From assembly GCA_052033915.1 (NCBI GenBank), contig JBPOJF010000003.1, forward strand, positions 58,695-122,694: 64,000 nt of DNA. Direction: 5' to 3'. The notes beneath the pieces were generated by a model. That model saw only the letters and a list, made by a program, of their open reading frames with translations, ran no database searches and was not told the DNA's origin. The DNA comes from Lentisphaerota bacterium (lineage in GTDB: Bacteria > Verrucomicrobiota > Kiritimatiellia > CAIQIC01 > JAGNIJ01). Shown piece by piece: positions 1-9,958 of this stretch. Both the position numbers and the translations under genes were made by a program. Position 1 is the first letter of the stretch, and the number at the start of each line of letters is the position of its first letter.

Positions 1-214
1 ACGCACTGCGTGACGAATTGATGTTTCACGGCCAGGTTGCGGCCCAACTGGCTGTAGTCCATGGCTTCAGCCTCCTTGAGGCCGTGGAACTGCGTGGCCG
101 TGTAAAGCAGCATGAGGATCAGGACGCCGAGGCAGTACAACCCGGCCTGGATCAGGCGCAGGCCGATGCCGACATCGACATTGTAAACAAGGTCCTGGAT
201 TCTGGTTTCAAAAG
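1..214 (-). CDS. Hypothetical membrane protein, 5' end only; the gene runs off the window edge
   Basis: Minus-strand ATG at 212-214; translation MAKPFETRIQDLVYNVDVGIGLRLIQAGLYCLGVLILMLLY... with a hydrophobic segment; absent from the ORF track only because there is no stop inside the window. Confidence 0.35.
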
Positions 215-306
215 GTTTGGCCATGATGATCCCTTCTTCGTCCGCTCCGGCATACTATGGGCTGCTCGCGTCCGGCGCAACGTCGAACATCGAAGCGGGG
301 CCTCGT

Positions 307-1674
307 TCAGCGTCCGGTGTTCTCCCTCAGTCCATACTCATTCAACTTCCGGTGGAGTGTCCGGCGGCTGATCCCGAGCTGGGCCGCCGCCTTCGTCCGG
401 TTCTCGCCGTTGTTTTTCAGCGCGTTGATGATGTGCTGCTTTTCCACTTCGTCCAGGGACATGTTCGGGGCCGAAACGGCGCCGGCCTTCGGCTGGACGC
501 CGTCGCGGATCGCGGCGGGGATGTCTCGGACCGTGAGTTTCTCGCCGCGGGACAGCACGATCATGCGCTCGATGATGTTCCGGAGTTGGCGGACATTGCC
601 GGGCCAGGAGTAGGCCAGGAGAATGTCCATGGCATCCGGCGTGATGCTCTCGATCTTCTTGCCGTTGGTTTCCGAAAGCTCCTTGAGAAAGTGCCGGGCG
701 AGCAGCGGGATATCGCCGGCGCGCTCGCGCAGGGGCGGGAGGTGGATGACGACCACGTACAACCGGTAAAAGAGATCCTCCCGGAACTTGCCCTCCGCGA
801 CCATTTTCTTCAAGTCGCGGTTCGTGGCCGCGATCAGGCGCACGTCCACTTCGATCGTTTCCTGGCCGCCGACGCGCTCGAACTTGCGCTCCTCCAGCAC
901 GCGGAGGATCTTTACCTGGATCGCCGGGTCGATCTCCCCGATTTCGTCGAGGAAGATCGTGCCGCCGTCCGCCAGTTCGAACCGCCCGCGGCGGCGTTCC
1001 GTCGCGCCGGTGAACGCGCCTTTCTCGTGGCCGAAGAGTTCGCTTTCCAGCAGGTTCTGGGACAGCGCCGCGCAATGGACCGGGATGAAGGGCCCCTGCG
1101 CCTGCGCGCTCAACCGGTGGATGGCGTGAGCCGCCAGTTCCTTGCCCGTGCCGCTTTCGCCTTCGATCAGGATGTTCGCCCGGCTCGGGCTGGCCTGCCG
1201 GATCGTGTCGAACACTTCCTGCATCGCGGACGACTGGCCGATGATGCGTTCCAGCCCGTACTTCGTGTCCAGTTGCTTGCGCAACTGGCGGTTCTCGGAC
1301 TCCCTGTCGCGCTCGCGGATCGCGCGCTGGACTAGGAGGTCGAGCCGGTCGAGGTTCACAGGCTTCGTCAGGAAATCGTACGCGCCGCGTTTCATGGCCT
1401 CGACGGCGGTCTCGACGGTCCCGTAGGCGGTCAACAGGATGCATACCGGCTGGGAAGAGTGCGCGAGCGCGCGCTGCATGAGCGTGAGCCCGTCGAGGCC
1501 CGGCATCCGGACGTCGCTGAGCATCACGTCCACGGTATTCTCGTCCAGGAGTTCCAGCGCGCGCGGGCCGTTTTCCGCAAGCAGCACATCGTAGTTCCGT
1601 CTCAACGCGCGCGCAAGCCCGTCGCGGGTGTTCTTCTCGTCGTCCACGATCAGGATCAGGGGTTTCTTCTTCAA
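307..1674 (-). CDS. Sigma-54-dependent response regulator, NtrC/AtoC family (REC + AAA+ sigma54 activator + Fis-type HTH)
   Basis: [13 protein letters not shown] receiver; GESGTGKE Walker A; GAFTGA sigma54-contact motif; C-terminal AAQLGISRRTLHRKL HTH. The first codon is TTG and overlaps the kinase stop as TTGA. Confidence 0.9.
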   Translation of the reverse strand: MKKKPLILIVDDEKNTRDGLARALRRNYDVLLAENGPRALELLDENTVDVMLSDVRMPGLDGLTLMQRALAHSSQPVCILLTAYGTVETAVEAMKRGAYDFLTKPVNLDRLDLLVQRAIRERDRESENRQLRKQLDTKYGLERIIGQSSAMQEVFDTIRQASPSRANILIEGESGTGKELAAHAIHRLSAQAQGPFIPVHCAALSQNLLESELFGHEKGAFTGATERRRGRFELADGGTIFLDEIGEIDPAIQVKILRVLEERKFERVGGQETIEVDVRLIAATNRDLKKMVAEGKFREDLFYRLYVVVIHLPPLRERAGDIPLLARHFLKELSETNGKKIESITPDAMDILLAYSWPGNVRQLRNIIERMIVLSRGEKLTVRDIPAAIRDGVQPKAGAVSAPNMSLDEVEKQHIINALKNNGENRTKAAAQLGISRRTLHRKLNEYGLRENTGR

Positions 1675-2867
1675 GGGGACACTCCGGGCTGGGTCTTCCC
1701 CGAGGGGCGGTGCGCCTTCAGCAGGCGGATCCGATGCTCGTCACGGGGCAGGAAGATCGTGAACGTCGTGCCGATGCGCGGCTCGCTGTGGACCTCGATC
1801 TGTCCGCCGTGGTCGCGGACGATCCGTTGAACAATCATCAGCCCGATCCCGGAGCCCTCGGACTTCGTCGTGTGATGCGCCTCGAAAATCTGGCTGAGTT
1901 CCTCGGGCGAGATGCCCGGCCCGGTGTCCTTGAAGGAGATGGAGACGAAGCGATCCGTGCTCGCCATGGAGATTTTCAGCATGCCCCCGTTGGTCATCGC
2001 CTGGATCGCGTTCCGGATGACGTTGAAGAACGCCTGTTTGATCTGGTTCGCGTCCAACTGCACGGAGGGAAGATCCTCCGGGCATTCGACCTCGACCAGC
2101 ACGTCGCGGTCCTGGATCTCGTGCTTGAGGAACGCGAGCGTCTCGCGGAGCACGGCGGCCACGGAGCCGGGCGCGAGGTTGGGCTGCGTGGGTCGGATCG
2201 CGCGCAGGAACTGCGTGAGGATCTGATCCAGCCGCGCCACCTCCTTCTTCGACACGTCCACCAGCTCTTTCAGGGAATCCCTCTTTTCGGGAGGCAGGGT
2301 ATCCATTTCGCGCTCGATCAACTGGAGGTGGATGTTCAGCGAATTGAGCGGATTGCCGATCTCGTGGGCGACTCCGGCGGCGAGCAGCGTCAGCGCGTTG
2401 AGCCGTTCGGACTCGATCGCCTGCGCCTCGTGCTCCCGGTCGCGCGTGATGTCGCGCAGGATGACCACGGCGCCGCTCTCGCCGGGCGTTTCCGGCGCGA
2501 GCGGAACGACATAGAAATCCAGGAACCGGTGCTCGGGATACGTGATTTCGATTTCGCGGCTCACGAGCCGGGACCATTCCTCCTCGTCGAGCTTCAGCAC
2601 TCGATCCCACTCGATTTCGCGCAGATACCGCTGGATCGACTCTCCCGTGACCGCGTCGGAAGAAAACCCCAGCAGTTTCCCCGCCGCGCGGTTCGCGTAC
2701 TTGATCCGGCTCTCGTGATCGAGCACGATCAGCCCTTCGCGCACCGCGTTGAAAATCGTCTCGAGCAATCCCTTCTCGTTGGCGAGATGCAGAAAATGCG
2801 TCTGCAGACTGCCCGGGTCAATGCGATCCAGCCGATCGATGAGCTTGTCCAAAAAGGCCGATTTCAT
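1671..2867 (-). CDS. PAS-domain sensor histidine kinase (NtrB-like), partner of the NtrC-type regulator
   Basis: [11 protein letters not shown]-box and HATPase_c motifs (DTGPGI, GSGIGL); ATG at 2867, the ORF-track start at 2894 is TTG; stop overlaps the downstream regulator start. Confidence 0.85.
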   Translation of the reverse strand: MKSAFLDKLIDRLDRIDPGSLQTHFLHLANEKGLLETIFNAVREGLIVLDHESRIKYANRAAGKLLGFSSDAVTGESIQRYLREIEWDRVLKLDEEEWSRLVSREIEITYPEHRFLDFYVVPLAPETPGESGAVVILRDITRDREHEAQAIESERLNALTLLAAGVAHEIGNPLNSLNIHLQLIEREMDTLPPEKRDSLKELVDVSKKEVARLDQILTQFLRAIRPTQPNLAPGSVAAVLRETLAFLKHEIQDRDVLVEVECPEDLPSVQLDANQIKQAFFNVIRNAIQAMTNGGMLKISMASTDRFVSISFKDTGPGISPEELSQIFEAHHTTKSEGSGIGLMIVQRIVRDHGGQIEVHSEPRIGTTFTIFLPRDEHRIRLLKAHRPSGKTQPGVSP

Positions 2868-3013
2868 TCGGCGGGAATATGCTCCACGCGACAAAAAGTC
2901 TCAATCGAAAAAATGAAGACGGGAAACGGAGGCGCCAGCCTGGAGGCGAATTGCCATTCTTTGACAGGGGCGGTTTCCTGTGTTATTTTCCGCGGCATTG
3001 TTGTCGGGGAGTT

Positions 3014-3628
3014 ATGTCGGTGGCAGCTTCACAGCAGCGGGTGCTTGTGCTGAACCGCCTCTGGCAGGCGATCAATGTCTGTACGGCAGAGCGGGCGCTC
3101 ACCCTGTTGTATTCCGGCCACGCCCAGGTGGTTTGCGAAAACGACGGCAACTTCAACACGTTTTCCTTTCGGGAATGGTGCGATTTCTCCGAGCAGTACG
3201 CGGGGGACGAGGTGGTCAAGACGATCACCTTCCGCATCCGAATCCCGCGCGTGATCCTGCTCCTGTTCTTCGACCGCCTGCCGAACAAGGAAGTGAAGTT
3301 CACGCGGCACAACGTGTTCGAGCGCGACAAGAACACGTGCCAGTACTGCGGGCACAAGTTCGACCGCAAGGACCTGAACATCGACCACGTGGTCCCGCGG
3401 CATCACGGGGGGCAGACGACGTGGACCAACGTGGTCTGCAGTTGCGTGGACTGCAATCGGCGGAAGGGCAGCCGCTCGCCGGAGGAGGCGCGGATGCGCC
3501 TGATCCGCAAGCCGAAGAAGCCGCGCTGGCGTCCGTTTGTCGAGGTGCAGTTCATTAAGACCGCCGACCATAGTTGGCGGTATTTCCTCGATCTTGCCTA
3601 CTGGAACGTCGAGTTGGGCGAAGACTGA
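3014..3628 (+). CDS. HNH endonuclease family protein (McrA-like, ~204 aa)
   Basis: CQYCGHKFDRKDLNIDHVVPRHHGGQTTWTNVVCSCVDCNRRKG HNH/zinc motif; ATG at 3014 preceded by GGGGAG; sequence upstream of 3014 in this ORF is Cys-rich nonsense. Confidence 0.8.
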   Translation: MSVAASQQRVLVLNRLWQAINVCTAERALTLLYSGHAQVVCENDGNFNTFSFREWCDFSEQYAGDEVVKTITFRIRIPRVILLLFFDRLPNKEVKFTRHNVFERDKNTCQYCGHKFDRKDLNIDHVVPRHHGGQTTWTNVVCSCVDCNRRKGSRSPEEARMRLIRKPKKPRWRPFVEVQFIKTADHSWRYFLDLAYWNVELGED

Positions 3629-3831
3629 CCTTCGGGTTCGGGCCGCCGATTTCCCGTGATTTTTTCCGCCTGTCCGTTTGCATGAAGTTTATTGTTGTGC
3701 AGGCTGCGACAGGTCATTACATTCGCGCCGACCGAAAATTTTTTGCGGAAGAAAATTCTCTAAACGAAAAATCTTCCGCGGGTATATGTACAGGCGAAGA
3801 CGGAACGGACGGATGCGGAGGGTCGTTCATC

Positions 3832-4137
3832 ATGGCGGTAGATGAGGAATCGAATGCGTATGGCATGGGGGCCGGCTGCCCGGTCCACGGGGACGAGCGC
3901 ATGAAGGAATGCGGCATGTGTGGCACGGAGTTCTGCCGCATCTGTTTTCCGCGCTCGGCGGTCTGTCCCGATTGCGCGGAGCAGGTCGACGACGAGGATG
4001 ATGAGGAGAATGACACGTCGGATTTCGACGACATCACGCACGTGGGGATGCTCATCGAGGATGACGAGGAAGAAACCGACGAGAAGGACGAGGACACGAC
4101 CGAGGATATGACGGACGAGGATCGCGAAGGGGACTGA
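3832..4137 (+). CDS. Small Cys-rich zinc-ribbon protein with an extremely acidic C-terminal tail (~101 aa)
   Basis: GGAGG 10 nt upstream of ATG 3832; CPVHG..KEC..CGMCG..CRIC..CPDC cysteine pairs, then a D/E-rich tail (DDEDDEENDTSDFDD...EDMTDEDREGD); the upstream in-frame portion uses AT-rich codons atypical for this genome. Confidence 0.5.
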   Translation: MAVDEESNAYGMGAGCPVHGDERMKECGMCGTEFCRICFPRSAVCPDCAEQVDDEDDEENDTSDFDDITHVGMLIEDDEEETDEKDEDTTEDMTDEDREGD

Positions 4138-4161
4138 GAAACACATCGCTGATCTCTTCGA

Positions 4162-4195
4162 CGGCCCGCGGAAATCCGCGGGCCGTTTGGTTTCC
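4162..4195 (+). terminator. Rho-independent terminator after the zinc-ribbon gene
   Basis: Perfect 10-bp GC stem CGGCCCGCGG / CCGCGGGCCG with AAAT loop, followed by TTTGGTTTCC. Confidence 0.7.
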
Positions 4196-4281
4196 TGCGG
4201 GAAATGGCCGCCCGCCGGGTTACAGGGCCGTGACAATCCCCGCGATTTTGCTAAAGTGGGTCCGCCTTTTTCGGAGAGCGA

Positions 4282-6795
4282 ATGACCGACCAGACCACAC
4301 CCATGATGGGGCAGTACCGGCGAATCCGCGGCGAGGTTTCGCCCGATACGATCCTCTTCTTCCGGCTCGGCGATTTTTACGAGATGTTCTTCGACGACGC
4401 GAAGGAGGCGTCGCGGATTCTCGATATCGCGCTGACGAAGCGCCAGACCGTGCCGATGTGCGGCGTGCCGTATCACGCGGCGGATGTCTACCTCGCGAAA
4501 CTCATCAAAGCCGGCAAGAAGGTCGCCATTTGCGACCAGATGGAGGACCCGGCGTCGGCGAAGGGCATCGTGCGCCGCGAGGTCACGCGCATCATCACGC
4601 CCGGCACGGTCCTCGAGGAGAATGTCCTCGAATCCGCCCGCAACAACTTCCTGGCGGGTGTCTGCCGGCAGGGCGGTGTGTTCGGCCTGGCATTGCTCGA
4701 TCTGTCCACCGGTACGTTCTGGATCGAGGAGGGCGCGGGCCTTGCCGCCCTCCAGGACAACCTCATGCGCTACGCGCCGGCCGAGTGCATCATCCCGGAA
4801 GCGCTGAGGGAGGATCCGTTGTTCGGGACGTGGCTGAGCGGAGCGTCCGGCACGATGCTCAGCCCGTACGACGACTGGACGTTCGAGAAGGACGCGGCGC
4901 TGGATTTGCTCACGCGTCATTTCGGCGTGCATTCCCTGACGGGGTTCGGCTGCGACGGTTGCACCGCGGGGGTCGGAGCGGCCGGCGCGGTCCTGCATTA
5001 CGTGACCCACGAACTGCGGCGGCAGGTCGGGCATGTCCGTCGGCTGTCTGTCAAGAATCCAACCGACTACATGCTGCTGGACGAGGCCACGGTCTCGAAC
5101 CTGGACCTCGTGGCTTCGCGGAGTCCCGGGCGGGCGGGCTCGGCGACCCACCTCCTGCGCGTGCTCGACACGACGTGCACGGCGATGGGCAGCCGGCTCC
5201 TGCGCGACTGGATTCTGCGGCCGCTGATGGATGTGAAGGAGATCGGCCGGCGGCACGACGCGGTCGAGGTGCTGGTCAAGGACCGCAAAGGGCTCGCCGA
5301 CCTGCGCGACGCGATGGCGCAGGTGAAGGACCTGGAACGGCTGATCGCGCGCCTCGGCGCAGGGAGCGGGAATGGCCGCGACTTGAAAGCCCTCAGCGTC
5401 TCCCTCTCGTCGCTGCCCGAACTGAAGGAGAAAGCCGCCGGCCATCCTGTGCCCTTGCTCGCCTCGCTGGCGGACGCCGTCACGCCGCTGCCGGAACTGG
5501 TGGACCTGATCGAAAAAGCGATCGTCGACGAGCCGCCGGTGTCGGTCCGCGACGGCGGGATCATTCGCAAGGACTACCACCGGGAACTCGACGAACTGAA
5601 GGATGCGGCGACGGAGGGCCGCAAGTGGCTGGCGGATTTCCAGGCGCGCGAGCAGGCGCGGACCGGCATCAAGTCGCTGAAGGTTCGCCACAACAAAGTC
5701 TTCGGTTACTACATCGAGATCACGAAGAGCCATCTGGAAGCCGTTCCCGCGGATTACATCCGCAAGCAGACCCTGGTGAACGCCGAACGGTTCATCACGC
5801 CGGAGCTGAAGGAGTACGAGAACAAGATTCTCGGGGCGCAGGAGCGTTCGCTCGAACTCGAACACGAATTGTTCGTGGAAATCCGCAATGCGGCCGTCCG
5901 GGAGACGGCGCGCATCCAGCAGTCCGCCGATGCGATCGCGCGATTCGACGTTCTCGGCGCGCTGGCCGAGCGGGCGCTGGCGCTGAACTACGTGCGGCCC
6001 GCGATGACGGACGGGACGGTTGTGCGAATCCGGGACGGCCGGCACCCGGTCATCGAGCAGATGTCCGAGGCGGAGCGCTTTGTCCCGAACGACACGCTGC
6101 TGGACGGATTGGAGAACCAGCTTATCGTCATCACCGGCCCGAACATGGCGGGCAAGTCGACGTACATCCGGCAGGTCGCGATGATTGTGATCATGGCGCA
6201 GATGGGCTCGTTCGTGCCGGCCGCGGAAGCGGAGATCGGGAGGGTGGACCGCGTGTTCACCCGCGTCGGCGCGAGCGACGACCTCGCGCGCGGCCGCAGC
6301 ACGTTCATGGTGGAGATGCAGGAGACGGCGAACATCCTGAACAACGCCACGGCGCGGAGCCTGATCGTTCTGGACGAGATCGGGCGCGGCACGAGCACGT
6401 TCGACGGCATCAGCATTGCCTGGGCCGTCGCCGAATTCCTGCACAACAACCCGCGCGTGAAGGCGAAGACGCTGTTCGCCACCCATTACCACGAGTTGAC
6501 CGATCTCGCGCTGACGCTGCCCGGCGTGAAGAACTACAATGTGCTGGTCCGTGAGAAGAACGACCGGATCGCGTTCCTGCGCAAAATCGTGGCCGGCGCG
6601 TCGGACAAGAGCTACGGGATCCAGGTCGCGCGGCTGGCCGGCCTGCCGCCCGAAGTCATCGACCGCGCCAAGGAAATCCTCGCGAATCTGGAAGACAGCG
6701 AGTTCGGGGAGGGGGGACAGCCGGTGTTGGCGAAGCACGAGGCGAGGAAGCCCAAGGATGTGCCGGGACAGTTGAGGTTGTTTGGGGAGGAGTAG
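4282..6795 (+). CDS. mutS: DNA mismatch repair protein MutS
   Basis: N-terminal mismatch-binding GDFYEMF motif, Walker A GPNMAGKST, TFMVEMQE and DELGRGTSTFDG signatures; GGAGAG RBS. Confidence 0.95.
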   Translation: MTDQTTPMMGQYRRIRGEVSPDTILFFRLGDFYEMFFDDAKEASRILDIALTKRQTVPMCGVPYHAADVYLAKLIKAGKKVAICDQMEDPASAKGIVRREVTRIITPGTVLEENVLESARNNFLAGVCRQGGVFGLALLDLSTGTFWIEEGAGLAALQDNLMRYAPAECIIPEALREDPLFGTWLSGASGTMLSPYDDWTFEKDAALDLLTRHFGVHSLTGFGCDGCTAGVGAAGAVLHYVTHELRRQVGHVRRLSVKNPTDYMLLDEATVSNLDLVASRSPGRAGSATHLLRVLDTTCTAMGSRLLRDWILRPLMDVKEIGRRHDAVEVLVKDRKGLADLRDAMAQVKDLERLIARLGAGSGNGRDLKALSVSLSSLPELKEKAAGHPVPLLASLADAVTPLPELVDLIEKAIVDEPPVSVRDGGIIRKDYHRELDELKDAATEGRKWLADFQAREQARTGIKSLKVRHNKVFGYYIEITKSHLEAVPADYIRKQTLVNAERFITPELKEYENKILGAQERSLELEHELFVEIRNAAVRETARIQQSADAIARFDVLGALAERALALNYVRPAMTDGTVVRIRDGRHPVIEQMSEAERFVPNDTLLDGLENQLIVITGPNMAGKSTYIRQVAMIVIMAQMGSFVPAAEAEIGRVDRVFTRVGASDDLARGRSTFMVEMQETANILNNATARSLIVLDEIGRGTSTFDGISIAWAVAEFLHNNPRVKAKTLFATHYHELTDLALTLPGVKNYNVLVREKNDRIAFLRKIVAGASDKSYGIQVARLAGLPPEVIDRAKEILANLEDSEFGEGGQPVLAKHEARKPKDVPGQLRLFGEE

Positions 6796-6843
6796 TCCAA
6801 AGTCCAAGGTGCTTGCCGGAATCACTTTGGACCTTGGACTTGA
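6796..6843. repeat. Imperfect hairpin built from GTCCAAAG/GTCCAAGG units (repeat family A) at the mutS 3' end
   Basis: AGTCCAAAGTCCAAGGTG ... CACTTTGGACCTTGGACT inverted arms; same unit family recurs at 18538, 22241, 26357 and 35088. Confidence 0.55.
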
Positions 6844-6883
6844 ACCGATCTCCTATAGGATACATGAAACAGACTGGTGATTC

Positions 6884-8260
6884 ATGAGAAAAGAGAGAGA
6901 TTCGCTCGGCGTCAAAGCGGTTCCGGACGAAGCGTATTACGGCGTCCACACGGCCCGGTCGCTGGATAATTTCAATGCGGCCGGAGAGCCGGTGCCGGTC
7001 GAGATCATCCACGGCATGGTGAAGCTGAAATGGGCCTGCGCGCGCGCCAACCAGCGGTTGGGCCTGCTCTCCGCGAAGAAGGCGGACGCCATCGTCCGCG
7101 CGTGTCGCCGTGTGCTCGCGGGGAAGGCGGCCGATCAGTTTGCGGTGGACGTTTTTCAGGCCGGGTCCGGCACGTCGTCGAACATGAATGTGAACGAGGT
7201 GATCGCGAACCTCGCATGCGTCGCCCTGGGAGGAAAGCGCGGCGACCGGAAGCGGGTTCACCCGAACGACGATGTGAACAAGGGCGAGTCCACGAACAAC
7301 GTGTTCCCGTCGGCGATCCGCATCGCCTCGGTGGAACTCTCGGAAGGGCTTCTGAAAAGCGTCGAAGCGCTGATCCGGCAGTTGAAGCGAAAAGCGGCGG
7401 CGTTTTCCGACGTCGTCAAGAGCGGCCGCACGCATTTGCAGGATGCGGTGCCGGTGACTCTGGGGCAGGAATTCAACGCGTACGCGCGGGCGTTGGAGAA
7501 GGGGGTCGCGCGGGTGGAACAGGCGGTCGGAAAGCTCCTGGAACTGGGTGTGGGCGGTAACGCGATCGGCACGGGCGTGAATACGAAGAAGGCGTTCCGC
7601 CGGTTGATTCTTCAGGAACTCAACCGGGCGACGGGCAGGAAATATCGCGCGGCGAAGGACGGGCTTGAAGCGACGCAGTTCATGACGGACCTGGCTGAAA
7701 TGTCGTCGGCTCTCAAGCTCCTCGCGCTGGATATCCTGAAGATCTGCAACGATCTTCGTCTCCTGAGTTCCGGGCCGAATACGGGCCTCGGCGAGATCGT
7801 TCTGCCGCCGGTCGAGCCGGGTTCGTCCATCATGCCGGGCAAGATCAATCCGAGCATTTGCGAAGCGATGAACATGGCCTGCATCCAGGTCGTCGGTCTG
7901 GACCACGCTGTGGCCGCGGCGTGCGGAGCGGGTCAGCTTGAGCTGAACACGCACATGCCTCTGATCGGCTGCAACCTGGTGAAGTCGTTCCGCATCCTGG
8001 ACCGCGGCTGCGCGATGCTGGCGCGGAAATGCATTTCCGGGATCCGGGCAAACCGGGAAGTCTGCCGGCTGAACTTCGAACGAAGCGCGGGGCTGGCCAC
8101 CGTGCTCAACCCCCGGTTGGGCTATGACCGCGTTGCCGAACTGGTGCAGGAGTCCCTGCGCACGAAGAAGGATCTGCGCCGGCTCGTTCTCGAAAAGAAG
8201 ATCTTGAGCGAGGGCGAACTGAATCGAATTCTCGCGCGTTCAACCGGGCCGAACCTGTAG
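6884..8260 (+). CDS. fumC: Class II fumarate hydratase / aspartate ammonia-lyase family enzyme (closer to FumC by motif)
   Basis: GSGTSSNMNVNEV, KRVHPNDDVNKGESTNNVFP, GRTHLQDAVPVTLGQEF and GSSIMPGKINPSICEAMNMAC signatures of the aspartase/fumarase superfamily; assignment between fumC and aspA not resolved. Confidence 0.8.
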   Translation: MRKERDSLGVKAVPDEAYYGVHTARSLDNFNAAGEPVPVEIIHGMVKLKWACARANQRLGLLSAKKADAIVRACRRVLAGKAADQFAVDVFQAGSGTSSNMNVNEVIANLACVALGGKRGDRKRVHPNDDVNKGESTNNVFPSAIRIASVELSEGLLKSVEALIRQLKRKAAAFSDVVKSGRTHLQDAVPVTLGQEFNAYARALEKGVARVEQAVGKLLELGVGGNAIGTGVNTKKAFRRLILQELNRATGRKYRAAKDGLEATQFMTDLAEMSSALKLLALDILKICNDLRLLSSGPNTGLGEIVLPPVEPGSSIMPGKINPSICEAMNMACIQVVGLDHAVAAACGAGQLELNTHMPLIGCNLVKSFRILDRGCAMLARKCISGIRANREVCRLNFERSAGLATVLNPRLGYDRVAELVQESLRTKKDLRRLVLEKKILSEGELNRILARSTGPNL

Positions 8261-8279
8261 CAAGACGCCGCGGTTCGGG

Positions 8280-8795
8280 CTAGAAGAATATCCTCATGCC
8301 CAGTTCAAGACGGATATCCGTGCTTTCCGTCTCGCCGTGTTTCGCCGGGTAGATGTCGTCCGTGGCGACTTCGCCGACCAGCGCCAGGGAAAGGGCGGCG
8401 TATTCGGTGATGAGGAACTTGGCGCCGCCCTCGATCCCGATGAGGCCCGCGGTGTGGTTCTCGTCCGCGGCCTTGTTGTCCGCGGTGGCGATCTGGAGAT
8501 GCCCGCCGGCGAACGGAACCACCGAGTAGCCGATGTCGAAGTTGTACTCCGCCTTCGGCCCCAGCGCCCAGGTCTCGATGGCGTCGTCGTCGCGATACGC
8601 GCCGGTCAGCCCGATCTCAAGATAGTCCATGAAGAAGTAGCCGTAGAAGAGGTTGAGGTTGAAAAGCGCTCCGTTCGACGTCTCGAAATCCATCAGACCC
8701 GAAACGCTGAGTTCGCTGGTTCCCTTTTCAAGGAACATGGCGTGCGCGGTGGCCGTGAGGACTGCGATCAATACGACAGCGAGAATCTTTTTCAT
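8280..8795 (-). CDS. Outer-membrane beta-barrel protein (OmpW/OmpA-like small porin family)
   Basis: Signal peptide MKKILAVVLIAVLTATAHA, alternating amphipathic strands, C-terminal ...LELGMRIFF aromatic terminus; AGGAG RBS before ATG 8795. Confidence 0.65.
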   Translation of the reverse strand: MKKILAVVLIAVLTATAHAMFLEKGTSELSVSGLMDFETSNGALFNLNLFYGYFFMDYLEIGLTGAYRDDDAIETWALGPKAEYNFDIGYSVVPFAGGHLQIATADNKAADENHTAGLIGIEGGAKFLITEYAALSLALVGEVATDDIYPAKHGETESTDIRLELGMRIFF

Positions 8796-8898
8796 GGACG
8801 CGTCTCCTGTATAGGGATTTTGAATTGCCCGACCGTATGACATCGACGCCGTGGCGGCAAGTGTTTTCAGTTATGTTCGGACGCGGGTCGCGGCCTTT

Positions 8899-9876
8899 TC
8901 AGAACACGCGAGTCTGCATTCCCGCATTCTGATGGATATCCTCCAGGAGAATCCGGTTGAGTTTCCGGAAGACGGGGCCCGGCTTTCCGTCGCCGACCGG
9001 CCGGCCGTCAAATTCCGTCACGGCGGCGACGTTCGGCGTGGTGCCGAAGATCAGCATTTCGGCCGCGTTCTCGACATCCGTCCTCATGATGTCGGCTGTT
9101 TCCACCGCCGCGAGCCGCTGCGCGGCCGGCAGGGAACGCGCCAGTTCCATCACGCGGATCATGGTGGTGCCGGCGAGAATGCGTTCGGGGTTCGGCACGC
9201 GAAGATGGCCGTCGCGGGTCACGATGCCGACGTTTTCCGTCGGGCCCTCGGCCAGGTGCCCGTTTTCGTCAAACGCCACGACAAAATCCACGCCGGAGTC
9301 CACCGCTTCCTTCTTCATCAGCACGTTGGTCAGGTAGTTGACGCTCTTGATGTTCGCGAACGGCGCGACTTTGACCGGCAGGGTGCTGGTTTTGACTTTC
9401 GCGCCTTCCGGGTGGAGTTCCATGAACGGCTTCTTGGATTCCGAGACGACCACGTACAACGCCGGCGCGGGGCAGTCGTACGGGCTGACCCCGAGACTGC
9501 CGGGACCGCGGGAGAGGAGCAGGCGGATCAGGCAGTCCGGATGCTCTCCCGCCAACACGGTCTGAACGATGATGTCGGCCAGCTCTTTTTCGCTGTACGG
9601 CAGGTTGAGCGACAGGCCCTGCGCGGAAGCGGCCAGGCGGCCCAGGTGGGCGCGCAGGTTGTAGATGTTTCCGCGAACGCACTTGAGCGTTTCGAAAACG
9701 GCGTCGCCGCGATGGACCATGTGATCGTCAACGGGCGCCGTCATCAGGAGCGGGTCGGTGACGATCCCCTCGTAGAGGCTGGAGAACATGGCGTAGTACT
9801 GCGCGTGGAAGGGCCGCCTCATCTTGAGGCCCCAGGAACTGAAGTTGGACAAATCGAGATGTCGAATCCGAGTCAT
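8899..9876 (-). CDS. Class IV aminotransferase (branched-chain amino acid / D-amino acid aminotransferase or aminodeoxychorismate lyase family)
   Basis: Fold-type IV PLP enzyme features (...FETLKCVRGNIYNL..., ...NVLMKKEAVDSG...); start taken at MTRIRHL (ATG 9876). Confidence 0.75.
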   Translation of the reverse strand: MTRIRHLDLSNFSSWGLKMRRPFHAQYYAMFSSLYEGIVTDPLLMTAPVDDHMVHRGDAVFETLKCVRGNIYNLRAHLGRLAASAQGLSLNLPYSEKELADIIVQTVLAGEHPDCLIRLLLSRGPGSLGVSPYDCPAPALYVVVSESKKPFMELHPEGAKVKTSTLPVKVAPFANIKSVNYLTNVLMKKEAVDSGVDFVVAFDENGHLAEGPTENVGIVTRDGHLRVPNPERILAGTTMIRVMELARSLPAAQRLAAVETADIMRTDVENAAEMLIFGTTPNVAAVTEFDGRPVGDGKPGPVFRKLNRILLEDIHQNAGMQTRVF

Positions 9877-9958
9877 GGCTTGAAGGTAGGGGCAGCGGGG
9901 GGCGGTTCCAAGTGAAAAAGAATGGCGGCGGCGCGGCGCGCCGGTATACTGCCCGCTC

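Noticed and set aside
3682-3831. Longer version of the zinc-ribbon gene starting at ATG 3682
   Set aside because: No RBS, and the extra 50 codons use AT-rich codons atypical for this genome. The GGAGG-ATG at 3832 is a much better start.
3760-6825. 1021-aa ORF on the minus strand, and similar long ORFs (20502-22340 minus, 22723-24447 minus, 52919-54970 plus, 46569-49007 plus, 39947-40990 minus)
   Set aside because: They lie antisense or out of frame to well-supported genes (mutS, yidC, glpD, ftsK, the GT-C proteins). They have Arg/Pro/Gly/Ala-rich low-complexity translations typical of spurious ORFs in high-GC DNA, and no start or RBS support.
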